From Utricularia gibba (lineage: Eukaryota > Plantae > Magnoliophyta): DNA of 35,876 bases. Shown in pieces: positions 1 through 12,700 of the stretch; the stretch's first letter is position 1, and each line of letters opens with the position of its first letter. Location of the stretch: the NCBI GenBank assembly GCA_002189035.1, contig NEEC01000298.1, positions 1-35,876 on the forward strand, in the 5' to 3' direction. A model generated the notes under the pieces. The model was not told the origin of the DNA. It did not search any database and worked only from the letters and a program-made list of their open reading frames with translations. A program made the translations under genes and the position numbers.

Positions 1-3000
1 CGTGCCGGTCAGCTTCCGTGTTGAAAGCATCTTCGTCCGAGGATGCATCAGAGCTCGAATTATCGCCTTATATTAGCCTTCAGATGTGCCACAAATTGGC
101 CACCACGTTCGCGACGATGAGTTCGGAACACGAGAATCGACGCGATTGTGATTTTCGGCTTGCAAAAGATCTGGTTTTATTGGATGACGTGAAGTATGGG
201 TTTTCGAGGCGATCTCTGAACAAGCTCTGGGTGTGTCCTACCGCAGCCTCATGGTGGCCTCGCACACGTTCGGTATTTCGGCGATATCCTGAAATGATGA
301 GTCACGCTGCGCTCGCACCGTTTCGAACCCCTTTCCGTGCCGGTCAGCTTCCGTGTTGAAAGCATCTTCGTCCGAGGATGCATCAGAGCTCGAATTATCG
401 CCTTATATTAGCCTTCAGATGTGCCACAAATTGGCCACCACGTTCGCGACGATGCGACTCGGAACACGAGAATCGACGCGATTGTGATTTTCGCTTGCAA
501 AACATCTGTGTTTTATTGGGTGACGTGAAGTATGGGTTTTCGAGGCGATCTCTGAACAAGCTCTGGGTGTGTCCTACCCGCAGCCCTCATGGTGGCCTCG
601 CACACCGTTCGGCATCTCGTCGATATCTTGAAGATCAAGATGAGTCACGCTGCGCCCGGCATACCGTTTCGAACCCTTTCCGTGCCGGTCAGCTTCCGTG
701 TTGAAAGCATCTTCGTCCGAGGATGCATCAGAGCTCGAATTATCGCCTTATATTAGCCTTCAGATGTGCACAAATTGGCCACCACGTTCGCGACGATGAG
801 TTCGGAACACGAGAATCGACGCGATTGTGATTTTCGCTTGCAAAACATCTGCGTTTTATTGGGTGACGTGAAGTATGGGTTTTCGAGGCGATCTCTGAAC
901 AAGCTCTGGGTCCCTACCCCTATCAGCGACACCGTTCGGCATCTCGTCGATATCTTGAAGATCAAGATGAGTCACGCTGCGCCGGCATCCGTTTCGAACC
1001 CTTCCGTGCCGGTCAGCTTCCGTGTTGAAAGCATCTTCGTCCGAGGATGCATCAGAGCTCGAATTATCGCCTTATATTAGCCTTCAGATGTGCCACAAAT
1101 TGGCCACCACGTTCGCGACGATGAGTTTTCGGAACACGAGAATCGACGCGATTGTGATTTTCGGCTTGCAAAAGATCTGCGTTTTATTGGATGACGTGAA
1201 GTATGGGTTTTCGATGCGATCTCTGAACAAGCTCTGGGTGTGTCCCCGCAGCCTCATGGTGGCTCGCGTTCGGTATTTTCGGCGATATCCTGAAAACCGT
1301 GATGAGTCACGCTGCGCCGGCATACCGTTTCGAACCCCTTTCCGTGCCGGTCAGCTTCCGTGTTGAAAGCATCTTCGTCCGAGGATGCATCAGAGCTCGA
1401 ATTATCGCCTTATAGCCTTCAGATGTGCCACAAATTGGCCACCACGTTCGCGACGATGCGACTCGGAACACGAGAATCGACGCGATTGTGATTTTCGCCT
1501 TGCAAAACATCTGCGTTTTATTGGGTGACGTGAAGTATGGGTTTTCGAGGCGATCTCTGAACAAGCTCTGGTGTGTCCCTACCGCAGCCTCATGGTGGCC
1601 TCGCACACCGTTCGGCATTCGTCGATATCTTGAAGATCAAGATGAGTCACGCTGCGCCCGGCATACCGTTTCGAACCCTTTCCGTGCCGGTCAGCTTCCG
1701 TGTTGAAAGCATCTTCGTCCGAGGATGCATCAGAGCTCGAATTATCGCCTTATATTAGCCTTCAGATGTGCCACAAATTGGCCACCACGTTCGCGACGAT
1801 GCGACTCGGAACACGAGAATCGACGCGATTGTGATTTTCGGCTTGCAAAATCTGCGTTTTATTGGGTGACGTGAAGTATGGGTTTTCGAGGCGATCTCTG
1901 AACAAGCTCTGGTGTGTCCTACCCGCAGCCTCATGGTGGCCTCGCACACCGTTCGGTATTTCGGCATATCCTGAAAACCGTGATGAGTCACGCTGCGCCG
2001 GCATACCGTTTCGAACCCTTTCCGTGCCGGTCAGCTTCCGTGTTGAAAGCATCTTCGTCCGAGGATGCATCAGAGCTCGAATTATCGCCTTATATTAGCC
2101 TTCAGATGTGCCACAAATTGGCCACCACGTTCGCGACGATGCGTTTCGGAACACGAGAATCGACGCGATTGTGATTTTCGCTTGCAAAACATCTGCGTTT
2201 TATTGGGTGACGTGAAGTATGGGTTTTCGAGGCGATCTCTGAACAAGCTCTGGGTGTGTCCTACCCGCAGCCTCATGGTGGCCTCGCACACCGTTCGGGC
2301 GATATCTGAAATTGAGTCATACCGTTTCGAACCCTTTCCGTGCCGGTCAGCTTCCGTGTTGAAAGCTTCTTCGTCCGAGGATGCATCAGAGCTCGAATTA
2401 TCGCCTTAAGATGTGCCACAAATTGGCCACCACGTTCGCGACGATGCGACTCGGAACACGAGAATCGACGCGATTGTGATTTTCGCTTGCAAAATCTGCG
2501 TTTTATTGGGTGACGTGAAGTATGGGTTTTCGAGCGATCTCTGAACAAGCTCTGGGTGTGTCCCTACCAGCCTCATGGTGGCCTCGCACACCGTTCGGTA
2601 TTCGCGATATCTTGAAAAAGTGATGAGTCACGCTGCGCCGGCATACCGTTTCGAACCCCTTTCCGTGCCGGTCAGCTTCCGTGTTGAAAGCATCTTCGTC
2701 CGAGGATGCATCAGAGCTCGAATTATCGCCTTATATTAGCCTTCAGATGTGCCACAAATTGGCCACCACGTTCGCGACGATGCGACTCGGAACACGAGAA
2801 TCGACGCGATTGTGATTTTCGCCTTGCAAAACATCTGTTTTATTGGGTGACGTGAAGTATGGGTTTTCGAGGCGATCTCTGAACAAGCTCTGGTGTGTCC
2901 TACCCGCAGCCTCATGGTGGCCTCGCACACCGTTCGGCATTCGTCGATATCTTGAAAGATGAGTCACGCTGCGCCCGGCATACCGTTTCGAACCCTTCCG

Positions 3001-4365
3001 TGCCGGTCAGCTTCCGTGTTGAAAGCATCTTCGTCCGAGGATGCATCAGAGCTCGAATTATCGCCTTATATTAGCCTTCAGATGTGCCACAAATTGGCCA
3101 CACGTTCGCGACGATGAGTTTCGGAACACGAGAATCGACGCGATTGTGATTTTCGCTTGCAAAATCTGTTTTTATTGGATGACGTGAAGTATGGGTTTTC
3201 GAGCGATCTCTGAACAAGCTCTGGGTGTGTCCTACCCGCAGCCTCATGGTGGCCTCGCACACCGTTCGGTATTTCGATATCCTGAAAACCGTGATGAGTC
3301 ACGCTGCGCCGGCATACCGTTTCGAACCCCTTTCCGTGCCGGTCAGCTTCCGTGTTGAAAGCATCTTCGTCGAGGATGCATCAGAGCTCGAATTATCGCC
3401 TTATATTAGCCTTCAGATGTGCCACAAATTGGCCACCACGTTCGCGACGATGCGACTCGGAACACGAGAATCGACGCGATTGTGATTTTCGCTTGCAAAA
3501 CATCTGCGTTTTATTGGGTGACGTGAAGTATGGGTTTTCGAGGCGATCTCTGAACAAGCTCTGGGTGTGTCCCTACCCGCAGCCTCATGGTGGCCTCGCA
3601 CACGTTCGGTATTCGTCGATATCTTGAAATCAAGATGAGTCACGCTGCGCCGGCATACCGTTTCGAACCCTTTCCGTGCCGGTCAGCTTCCGTGTTGAAA
3701 GCTTCTTCGTCCGAGGATGCATCAGAGCTCGAATTATCGCCTTATATTAGCCTTCAGATGTGCCACAAATTGGCCACCACGTTCGCGACGATGCGTTGAC
3801 GACATACCGCGGAAAAGCGTTTTATTGGGTGACGTGAAGTATGGGTTTTCGATGCGATCTCTGAACAAGCTCTGGGTGTGTCCTACCCGCAGCCTCATGG
3901 TGGCCTCGCACACCGTTCGGTCGATATCTTGAAAGATGAGTCACGCTGCGCCCGGCATACCGTTTCGAACCCTTTCCGTGCCGGTCAGCTTCCGTGTTGA
4001 AAGCATCTTCGTCCGAGGATGCATCAGAGCTCGAATTATCGCCTTATATTAGCCTTCAGATGTGCCACAAATTGGCCACCGTTCGCGACGATGCGACTCG
4101 GAACACGAGAATCGACGCGATTGTGATTTTCGCTTGCAAAAGATCTGCGTTTTATTGGTGACGTGAAGTATGGGTTTTCGAGCGATCTCTGAACAAGCTC
4201 TGGTGTGTCCCTACCCGCAGCCTCATGGTGGCCTCGCACACCGTTCGGTATTTCGGCGATATCCTGAAACCGTGATGAGTCACGCTGCGCCGGCATACCG
4301 TTTCGAACCCCTTTCCGTGCCGGTCAGCTTCCGTGTTGAAAGCATCTTCGTCCGAGGATGCATCA

Positions 4366-4708
4366 GAGCTCGAATTATCGCCTTATATTAGCCTTCAGAT
4401 GTGCCACAAATTGGCCACCACGTTCGCGACGATGCGACTCGGAACACGAGAATCGACGCGATTGTGATTTTCGCTTGCAAAACATCTGCGTTTTATTGGG
4501 TGACGTGAAGTATGGGTTTTCGAGGCGATCTCTGAACAAGCTCTGGTGTGTCCTACCCGCAGCCTCATGGTGGCCTCGCACACCGTTCGGCATCTCGTCG
4601 ATATCTTGAAGATCAAGATGAGTCACGCTGCGCCCGGCATACCGTTTCGAACCCTTTCCGTGCCGGTCAGCTTCCGTGTTGAAAGCATCTTCGTCCGAGG
4701 ATGCATCA
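4366..4708. repeat. Representative type-A monomer (343 bp, 52.5% GC)
   Basis: Diagnostic alleles: gatgcgactcgg, ttttcgc(c)ttg, aaaacatctg, ttattgggtgac, tcgaggcgat, ttcggcat(c)tcgtcgatatcttg, aagatcaagatgag, gcgcccggc. GC counted by hand as 180/343. Confidence 0.85.
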
Positions 4709-7700
4709 GAGCTCGAATTATCGCCTTATATTAGCCTTCAGATGTGCCACAAATTGGCCACCACGTTCGCGACGATGCGACTCGGAACACGAGAATCGAC
4801 GCGATTGTGATTTTCGGCTTGCAAAACATCTGCGTTTTATTGGGTGACGTGAAGTATGGGTTTTCGAGGCGATCTCTGAACAAGCTCTGGTGTGTCCCTA
4901 CCCGCAGCCTCATGGTGGCCTCGCACACCGTTCGGTATTTCGGCGATATCCTGAAAACCGTGATGAGTCACGCTGCGCCGGCATACCGTTTCGAACCCCT
5001 TTCCGTGCCGGTCAGCTTCCGTGTTGAAAGCATCTTCGTCCGAGGATGCATCAGAGCTCGAATTATCGCCTTATATTAGCCTTCAGATGTGCCACAAATT
5101 GGCCACCACGTTCGCGACGATGCGACTCGGAACACGAGAATCGACGCGATTGTGATTTTCGCTTGCAAAACATCTGCGTTTTATTGGATGACGTGAAGTA
5201 TGGGTTTTCGAGCGATCTCTGAACAGCTCTGGGTGTGTCCTACCCGCAGCCTCATGGTGGCCTCGCACACCGTTCGGCATTCGTCGATATCTTGAAATCA
5301 AGATGAGTCACGCTGCGCCGGCATACCGTTTCGAACCCCTTCCGTGCCGGTCAGCTTCCGTGTTGAAAGCATTTCGTCCGAGGATGCATCAGAGCTCGAA
5401 TTATCGCCTTATATTAGCCTTCAGATGTGCCACAAATTGGCCACCACGTTCGCGACGATGCGTTTCGGAACACGAGAATCGACGCGATTGTGATTTTCGG
5501 CTTGCAAAAGATCTGCGTTTTATTGGATGACGTGAAGTATGGGTTTTCGAGCGATCTCTGAACAAGCTCTGGGTGTGTCCCTACCCGCAGCCTCATGGTG
5601 GCCTCGCACACCGTTCGGTATTTCGGCGATATCTGAAAACCGTGATGAGTCACGCTGCGCCGGCATACCGTTTCGAACCCCTTTCCGTGCCGGTCAGCTT
5701 CCGTGTTGAAAGCATCTTCGTCCGAGGATGCATCAGAGCTCGAATTATCGCCTTATATAGCCTTCAGATGTGCCACAAATTGGCCACCACGTTCGCGACG
5801 ATGCGACTCGGAACACGAGAATCGACGCGATTGTGATTTTCGGCTTGCAAAAATCTGCGTTTTATTGGATGACGTGAAGTATGGGTTTTCGAGCGATCTC
5901 TGAACAAGCTCTGGTGTGTTCCTACCCGCAGCCTCATGGTGGCCTCGCACACCGTTCGGTATCGGATATCCTGAAAACTGATGAGTCACGCTGCGCCCGG
6001 CATACCGTTTCGAACCCCTTTCCGTGCCGGTCAGCTTCCGTGTTGAAAGCATCTTCGTCCGAGGATGCATCAGAGCTCGAATTATCGCCTTATATTAGCC
6101 TTCAGATGTGCCACAAATTGGCCACCACGTTCGCGACGATGCGACGGAACACGAGAATCGACGCGATTGTGATTTTCGCTTGCAAAAATCTGCGTTTTAT
6201 TGGATGACGTGAAGTATGGGTTTTCGAGGCGATCTCTGAACAAGCTCTAGGTGTGTTCCTACCGCAGCCTCATGGTGGCCTCGCACACCGTTCGGCATTC
6301 GTCGATATCTTGAAGATCATGATGAGTCACGCTGCGCCGGCATACCGTTTCGAACCCTTTCCGTGCCGGTCAGCTTCCGTGTTGAAAGCATCTTCGTCCG
6401 AGGATGCATCAGAGCTCGAATTATCGCCTTATTTAGCCTTCAGATGTGCCACAAATTGGCCACCACGTTCGCGACGATGCGACTCGGAACACGAGAATCG
6501 ACGCGATTGTGATTTTCGCTTGCAAAACATCTGCGTTTTATTGGATGACGTGAAGTATGGGTTTTCGAGGCGATCTCTGAACAAGCTCTGGGTGTGTCCT
6601 ACCCGCAGCCTCATGGTGGCCTCGCACACCGTTCGGTATTTCGGCGATATCCTGAAATCGTGATGAGTCACGCTGCGCCGGCATACGTTTCGAACCCTTC
6701 CGTGCCGGTCAGCTTCCGTGTTGAAAGCATCTTCGTCCGAGGATGCATCAGAGCTCGAATTATCGCCTTATATTAGCCTTCAGATGTGCCACAAATTGGC
6801 CACCTTCGCGACGATGCGTTCGGAACACGAGAATCGACGCGATTGTGATTTTCGGCTTGCAAAAGATCTGCGTTTTATTGGATGACGTGAAGTATGGGTT
6901 TTCGAGCGATCTCTGAACAAGCTCTGGTGTGTCCCTACCCGCAGCCTCATGGTGGCCTCGCACACCGTTCGGTATTCGTCGATATCTTGAAAACCGTGAT
7001 GAGTCACGCTGCGCCGGCATACCGTTTCGAACCCTTTCCGTGCCGGTCAGCTTCCGTGTTGAAAGCATCTTCGTCCGAGGATGCATCAGAGCTCGAATTA
7101 TCGCCTTATATAGCCTTCAGATGTGCCACAAATTGGCCACCACGTTCGCGACGATGCGACTCGGAACACGAGAATCGACGCGATTGTGATTTTCGCCTTG
7201 CAAAACATCTGCGTTTTATTGGGTGACGTGAAGTATGGGTTTTCGAGGCGATCTCTGAACAAGCTCTGGTGTGTTCCCTACCCGCAGCCTCATGGTGGCC
7301 TCGCACACCGTTCGGCATTCGTCGATATCTGAAATCAAGATGAGTCACGCTGCGCCCGGCATACCGTTTCGAACCCTTCCGTGCCGGTCAGCTTCCGTGT
7401 TGAAAGCATCTTCGTCCGAGGATGCATCAGAGCTCGAATTATCGCCTTATATTAGCCTTCAGATGTGCCACAAATTGGCCACCACGTTCGCGACGATGCG
7501 ACTCGGAACACGAGAATCGACGCGATTGTGATTTTCGCTTGCAAAACATCTGCGTTTTATTGGATGACGTGAAGTATGGGTTTTCGAGGCGATCTCTGAA
7601 CAAGCTCTGGGTGTGTCCTACCCGCAGCCTCATGGTGGCCTCGCACACCGTTCGGTATTTCGGATATCTGAAAACCGTGATGAGTCACGCTGCGCCGGCA

Positions 7701-9448
7701 TACCGTTTCGAACCCCTTTCCGTGCCGGTCAGCTTCCGTGTTGAAAGCATCTTCGTCCGAGGATGCATCAGAGCTCGAATTATCGCCTTATATTAGCCTT
7801 CAGATGTGCCACAAATTGGCCACCACGTTCGCGACGATGCGACTCGGAACACGAGAATCGACGCGATTGTGATTTTCGCTTGCAAAACACTGTGTTTTAT
7901 TGGGTGACGTGAAGTATGGGTTTTCGAGGCGATCTCTGAACAAGCTCTGGGTGTGTTCCTACCCGCAGCCTCATGGTGGCCTCGCACACCGTTCGGTATC
8001 TCGTCGATATCTTGAAGATCAAGATGAGTCACGCTGCGCCCGGCATACCGTTTCGAACCCGTTTCCGTGCCGGTCAGCTTCCGTGTTGAAAGCATCTTCG
8101 TCCGAGGATGCATCAGAGCTCGAATTATCGCCTTATATAGCCTTCAGATGTGCCACAAATTGGCCACCACGTTCGCGACGATGCGGAACACGAGAATCGA
8201 CGCGATTGTGATTTTCGGCTTGCAAAACTGCGTTTTATTGACCGTTTTATCGATCCCTCTCTGAACAAGCTCTGGGTGTGTCCCTACCCGCAGCCTCATG
8301 GTGGCCTCGCACACCGTTCGGCATCTCGTCGATATCTGAAATGATGAGTCACGCTGCGCCGGCATACCGTTTCGAACCCCTTTCCGTGCCGGTCAGCTTC
8401 CGTGTTGAAAGCATCTCGTCCGAGGATGCATCAGAGCTCGAATTATCGCCTTATATAGCCTTCAGATGTGCCACAAATTGGCCACGTTCGCGACGATGAG
8501 TTTCGGAACACGAGAATCGACGCGATTGTGATTTTCGGCTTGCAAAAGATCTGCGTTTTATTGGATGACGTGAAGTATGGGTTTTCGAGCGATCTCTGAA
8601 CAAGCTCTGGGTGTGTCCCTACCCGCAGCCTCATGGTGGCCTCGCACACCGTTCGGTATTTCGGCGATATCTGAAAATGATGAGTCACGCTGCGCCGGCA
8701 TACCGTTTCGAACCCTTTCCGTGCCGGTCAGCTTCCGTGTTGAAAGCATCTTCGTCCGAGGATGCATCAGAGCTCGAATTATCGCCTTATATTAGCCTTC
8801 AGATGTGCCACAAATTGGCCACCACGTTCGCGACGATGCGACTCGGAACACGAGAATCGACGCGATTGTGATTTTCGCTTGCAAAACATCTGCGTTTTAT
8901 TGGGTGACGTGAAGTATGGGTTTTCGAGGCGATCTCTGAACAAGCTCTAGGTGTGTTCCTACCCGCAGCCTCATGGTGGCCTCGCACACCGTTCGGCATT
9001 CGTCGATATCTTGAATCAAGATGAGTCACGCTGCGCCCGGCATACCGTTTCGAACCCTTTCCGTGCCGGTCAGCTTCCGTGTTGAAAGCATCTTCGTCCG
9101 AGGATGCATCAGAGCTCGAATTATCGCCTTATATTAGCCTTCAGATGTGCCACAAATTGGCCACCACGTTCGCGACGATGCGACTCGGAACACGAGAATC
9201 GACGCGATTGTGATTTTCGCCTTGCAAAACATCTGCGTTTTATTGGGTGACGTGAAGTATGGGTTTTCGAGGCGATCTCTGAACAAGCTCTGGTGTGTCC
9301 TACCCGCAGCCTCATGGTGGCCTCGCACACCGTTCGGCATTCGTCGATATCTTGAAAGATGAGTCACGCTGCGCCCGGCATACCGTTTCGAACCCTTCCG
9401 TGCCGGTCAGCTTCCGTGTTGAAAGCATCTTCGTCCGAGGATGCATCA

Positions 9449-9793
9449 GAGCTCGAATTATCGCCTTATATTAGCCTTCAGATGTGCCACAAATTGGCCA
9501 CCACGTTCGCGACGATGCGTTTCGGAACACGAGAATCGACGCGATTGTGATTTTCGGCTTGCAAAAGATCTGCGTTTTATTGGATGACGTGAAGTATGGG
9601 TTTTCGAGCGATCTCTGAACAAGCTCTGGGTGTGTCCCTACCCGCAGCCTCATGGTGGCCTCGCACACCGTTCGGTATTTCGGCGATATCCTGAAAACCG
9701 TGATGAGTCACGCTGCGCCCGGCATACGTTTCGAACCCCTTTCCGTGCCGGTCAGCTTCCGTGTTGAAAGCATCTTCGTCCGAGGATGCATCA
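9449..9793. repeat. Representative type-B monomer (345 bp)
   Basis: Co-occurring alternative alleles: gatgcgtttcgg (or gatgagtttcgg), ttttcggcttg, aaaagatctg (BglII), ttattggatgac, tcgagcgat, ttcggtatttcggcgatatcctg, aaaaccgtgatgag. The same set is seen in units at 1055, 5392, 8434, 15543, 20910, 32628 and 35174. Confidence 0.85.
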
Positions 9794-12700
9794 GAGCTCG
9801 AATTATCGCCTTATATTAGCCTTCAGATGTGCCACAAATTGGCCACCACGTTCGCGACGATGCGACTCGGAACACGAGAATCGACGCGATTGTGATTTTC
9901 GCCTTGCAAAACATCTGCGTTTTATTGGGTGACGTGAAGTATGGGTTTTCGAGGCGATCTCTGAACAAGCTCTAGGTGTGTTCCTACCGCAGCCTCATGG
10001 TGGCCTCGCACACCGTTCGGCATCTCGTCGATATCTTGAGATCAAATGAGTCACGCTGCGCCGGCATACCGTTTCGAACCCTTTCCGTGCCGGTCAGCTT
10101 CCGTGTTGAAAGCATCTTCGTCCGAGGATGCATCAGAGCTCGAATTATCGCCTTATATTAGCCTTCAGATGTGCCACAAATTGGCCACCACGTTCGCGAC
10201 GATGCGACTCGGAACACGAGAATCGACGCGATTGTGATTTTCGCCTTGCAAAACATCTGCGTTTTATTGGGTGACGTGAAGTATGGGTTTTCGAGGCGAT
10301 CTCTGAACAAGCTCTGGGTGTCCTACCCGCAGCCTCATGGTGGCCGCACACCGTTCGGCATTCGTCGATATCTTGAAATCAAGATGAGTCACGCTGCGCC
10401 CGGCATACCGTTTCGAACCCCTTTCCGTGCCGGTCAGCTTCCGTGTTGAAAGCTTCTTCGTCCGAGGATGCATCAGAGCTCGAATTATCGCCTTATATTA
10501 GCCTTCAGATGTGCCACAAATTGGCCACCACGTTCGCGACGATGCGACGGAACACGAGAATCGACGCGATTGTGATTTTCGGCTTGCAAAAATCTGCGTT
10601 TTATTGGATGACGTGAAGTATGGGTTTTCGAGCGATCTCTGAACAAGCTCTGGGTGTGTCCCTACCGCAGCCTCATGGTGGCCTCGCACACCGTTCGGTA
10701 TTTCGATATCTGAATGAGTCACGCTGCGCCCGGCATACCGTTTCGAACCCCTTTCCGTGCCGGTCAGCTTCCGTGTTGAAAGCATCTTCGTCCGAGGATG
10801 CATCAGAGCTCGAATTATCGCCTTATATTAGCCTTCAGATGTGCCACAAATTGGCCACCACGTTCGCGACGATGCGGAACACGAGAATCGACGCGATTGT
10901 GATTTTCGGCTTGCAAAACATCTGCGTTTTATTGGGTGACGTGAAGTATGGGTTTTCGAGGCGATCTCTGAACAAGCTCTGGGTGTGTCCCTACCCGCAG
11001 CCTCATGGTGGCCTCGCACACGTTCGGCATTCGTCGATATCTTGAAATGATGAGTCACGCTGCGCCGGGCATACGTTTCGAACCCTTTCCGTGCCGGTCA
11101 GCTTCCGTGTTGAAAGCATCTTCGTCCGAGGATGCATCAGAGCTCGAATTATCGCCTTATATAGCCTTCAGATGTGCCACAAATTGGCCACCACGTTCGC
11201 GACGATGCGACTCGGAACACGAGAATCGACGCGATTGTGATTTTCGCTTGCAAAACATCTGCGTTTTATTGGATGACGTGAAGTATGGGTTTTCGAGCGA
11301 TCTCTGAACAAGCTCTGGGTGTGTCCCTACCCGCAGCCTCATGGTGGCCTCGCACACCGTTCGGCATTTCGGCGATATCTGAAAACCGTGATGAGTCACG
11401 CTGCGCGGCATACCGTTTCGAACCCTTTCCGTGCCGGTCAGCTTCCGTGTTGAAAGCATCTTCGTCCGAGGATGCATCAGAGCTCGAATTATCGCCTTAT
11501 ATTAGCCTTCAGATGTGCCACAAATTGGCCACCACGTTCGCGACGATGCGACTCGGAACACGAGAATCGACGCGATTGATTTTCGCTTGCAAAACATCTG
11601 CGTTTTATTGGGTGACGTGAAGTATGGGTTTTCGAGGCGATCTCTGAACAAGCTCTGGTGTGTTCCTACCCGCAGCCTCATGGTGGCCTCGCACACCGTT
11701 CGGTATTCGTCGATATCCTGAAATGATGAGTCACGCTGCGCCCGGCATACCGTTTCGAACCCTTTCCGTGCCGGTCAGCTTCCGTGTTGAAAGCATCTTC
11801 GTCCGAGATGCATCAGAGCTCGAATTATCGCCTTATATTAGCCTTCAGATGTGCCACAAATTGGCCACCACGTTCGCGACGATGCGACTCGGAACACGAG
11901 AATCGACGCGATTGTGATTTTCGCCTTGCAAAACATCTGCGTTTTATTGGGTGACGTGAAGTATGGGTTTTCGAGGCGATCTCTGAACAAGCTCTGGTGT
12001 GTCCTACCCGCAGCCTCATGGTGGCCTCGCACACCGTTCGGTATTTCGGATATCTGAAAACCGTGATGAGTCACGCTGCGCCCGGCATACCGTTTCGAAC
12101 CCCTTTCCGTGCCGGTCAGCTTCCGTGTTGAAAGCATCTTCGTCCGAGGATGCATCAGAGCTCGAATTATCGCCTTATATTAGCCTTCAGATGTGCCACA
12201 AATTGGCCACCACGTTCGCGACGATGTTTCGGAACACGAGAATCGACGCGATTGTGATTTTCGCTTGCAAAAGATCTGCGTTTTATTGGATGACGTGAAG
12301 TATGGGTTTTCGAGGATCTCTGAACAAGCTCTGGGTGTGTCCCTACCCGCAGCCTCATGGTGGCCTCGCACACCGTTCGGTATTTCGGCGATATCTGAAA
12401 ACCGTGATGAGTCACGCTGCGCCGGCATACCGTTTCGAACCCTTTCCGTGCCGGTCAGCTTCCGTGTTGAAAGCTCTTCGTCCGAGGATGCATCAGAGCT
12501 CGAATTATCGCCTTATTTAGCCTTCAGATGTGCCACAAATTGGCCACCACGTTCGCGACGATGCGACTCGGAACACGAGAATCGACGCGATTGTGATTTT
12601 CGCCTTGCAAAATCTGTTTTATTGGGACGTGAAGTATGGGTTTTCGAGGCGATCTCTGAACAAGCTCTGGTGTGTCCCTACCCGCAGCCTCATGGTGGCC

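Noticed and set aside
4592-4617. 5S rDNA tandem unit (atctcgtcgatatcttgaagatcaag resembles the 5S loop C/box A region)
   Set aside because: The similarity is short and limited to type A. There is no box C (GGATGGGAGACC-like) sequence and no 120-nt 5S fold or terminal stem.
4644-4653. Pol III B-box / tRNA T-loop on the minus strand (GGTTCGAAAC)
   Set aside because: It matches GWTCRANNC, but there is no T-stem or cloverleaf. The only A-box-like sequence (AAGCTGACCGG) is ~9 nt upstream, which is too close.
4617-4660. Plus-strand hammerhead starting at (C)UGAUGAGUC (CTGATGAGTC is present in a few units, e.g. ~5978, ~21497, ~22865)
   Set aside because: No GAC-GAAA closes stem II downstream, and the leading C is absent in most copies.
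4690-4706. CENP-B box (TTCG...A..CGGG)
   Set aside because: TTCG half-sites are frequent, but none is followed by the required CGGG at the correct spacing on either strand.
4366-4708. Monomer as an ancient dimer of ~160-170-bp subunits (tggcc..cac..gttcg at offsets ~46 and ~205)
   Set aside because: Only scattered 5-mers align and the remainder does not, so it cannot be supported without a self-alignment statistic.
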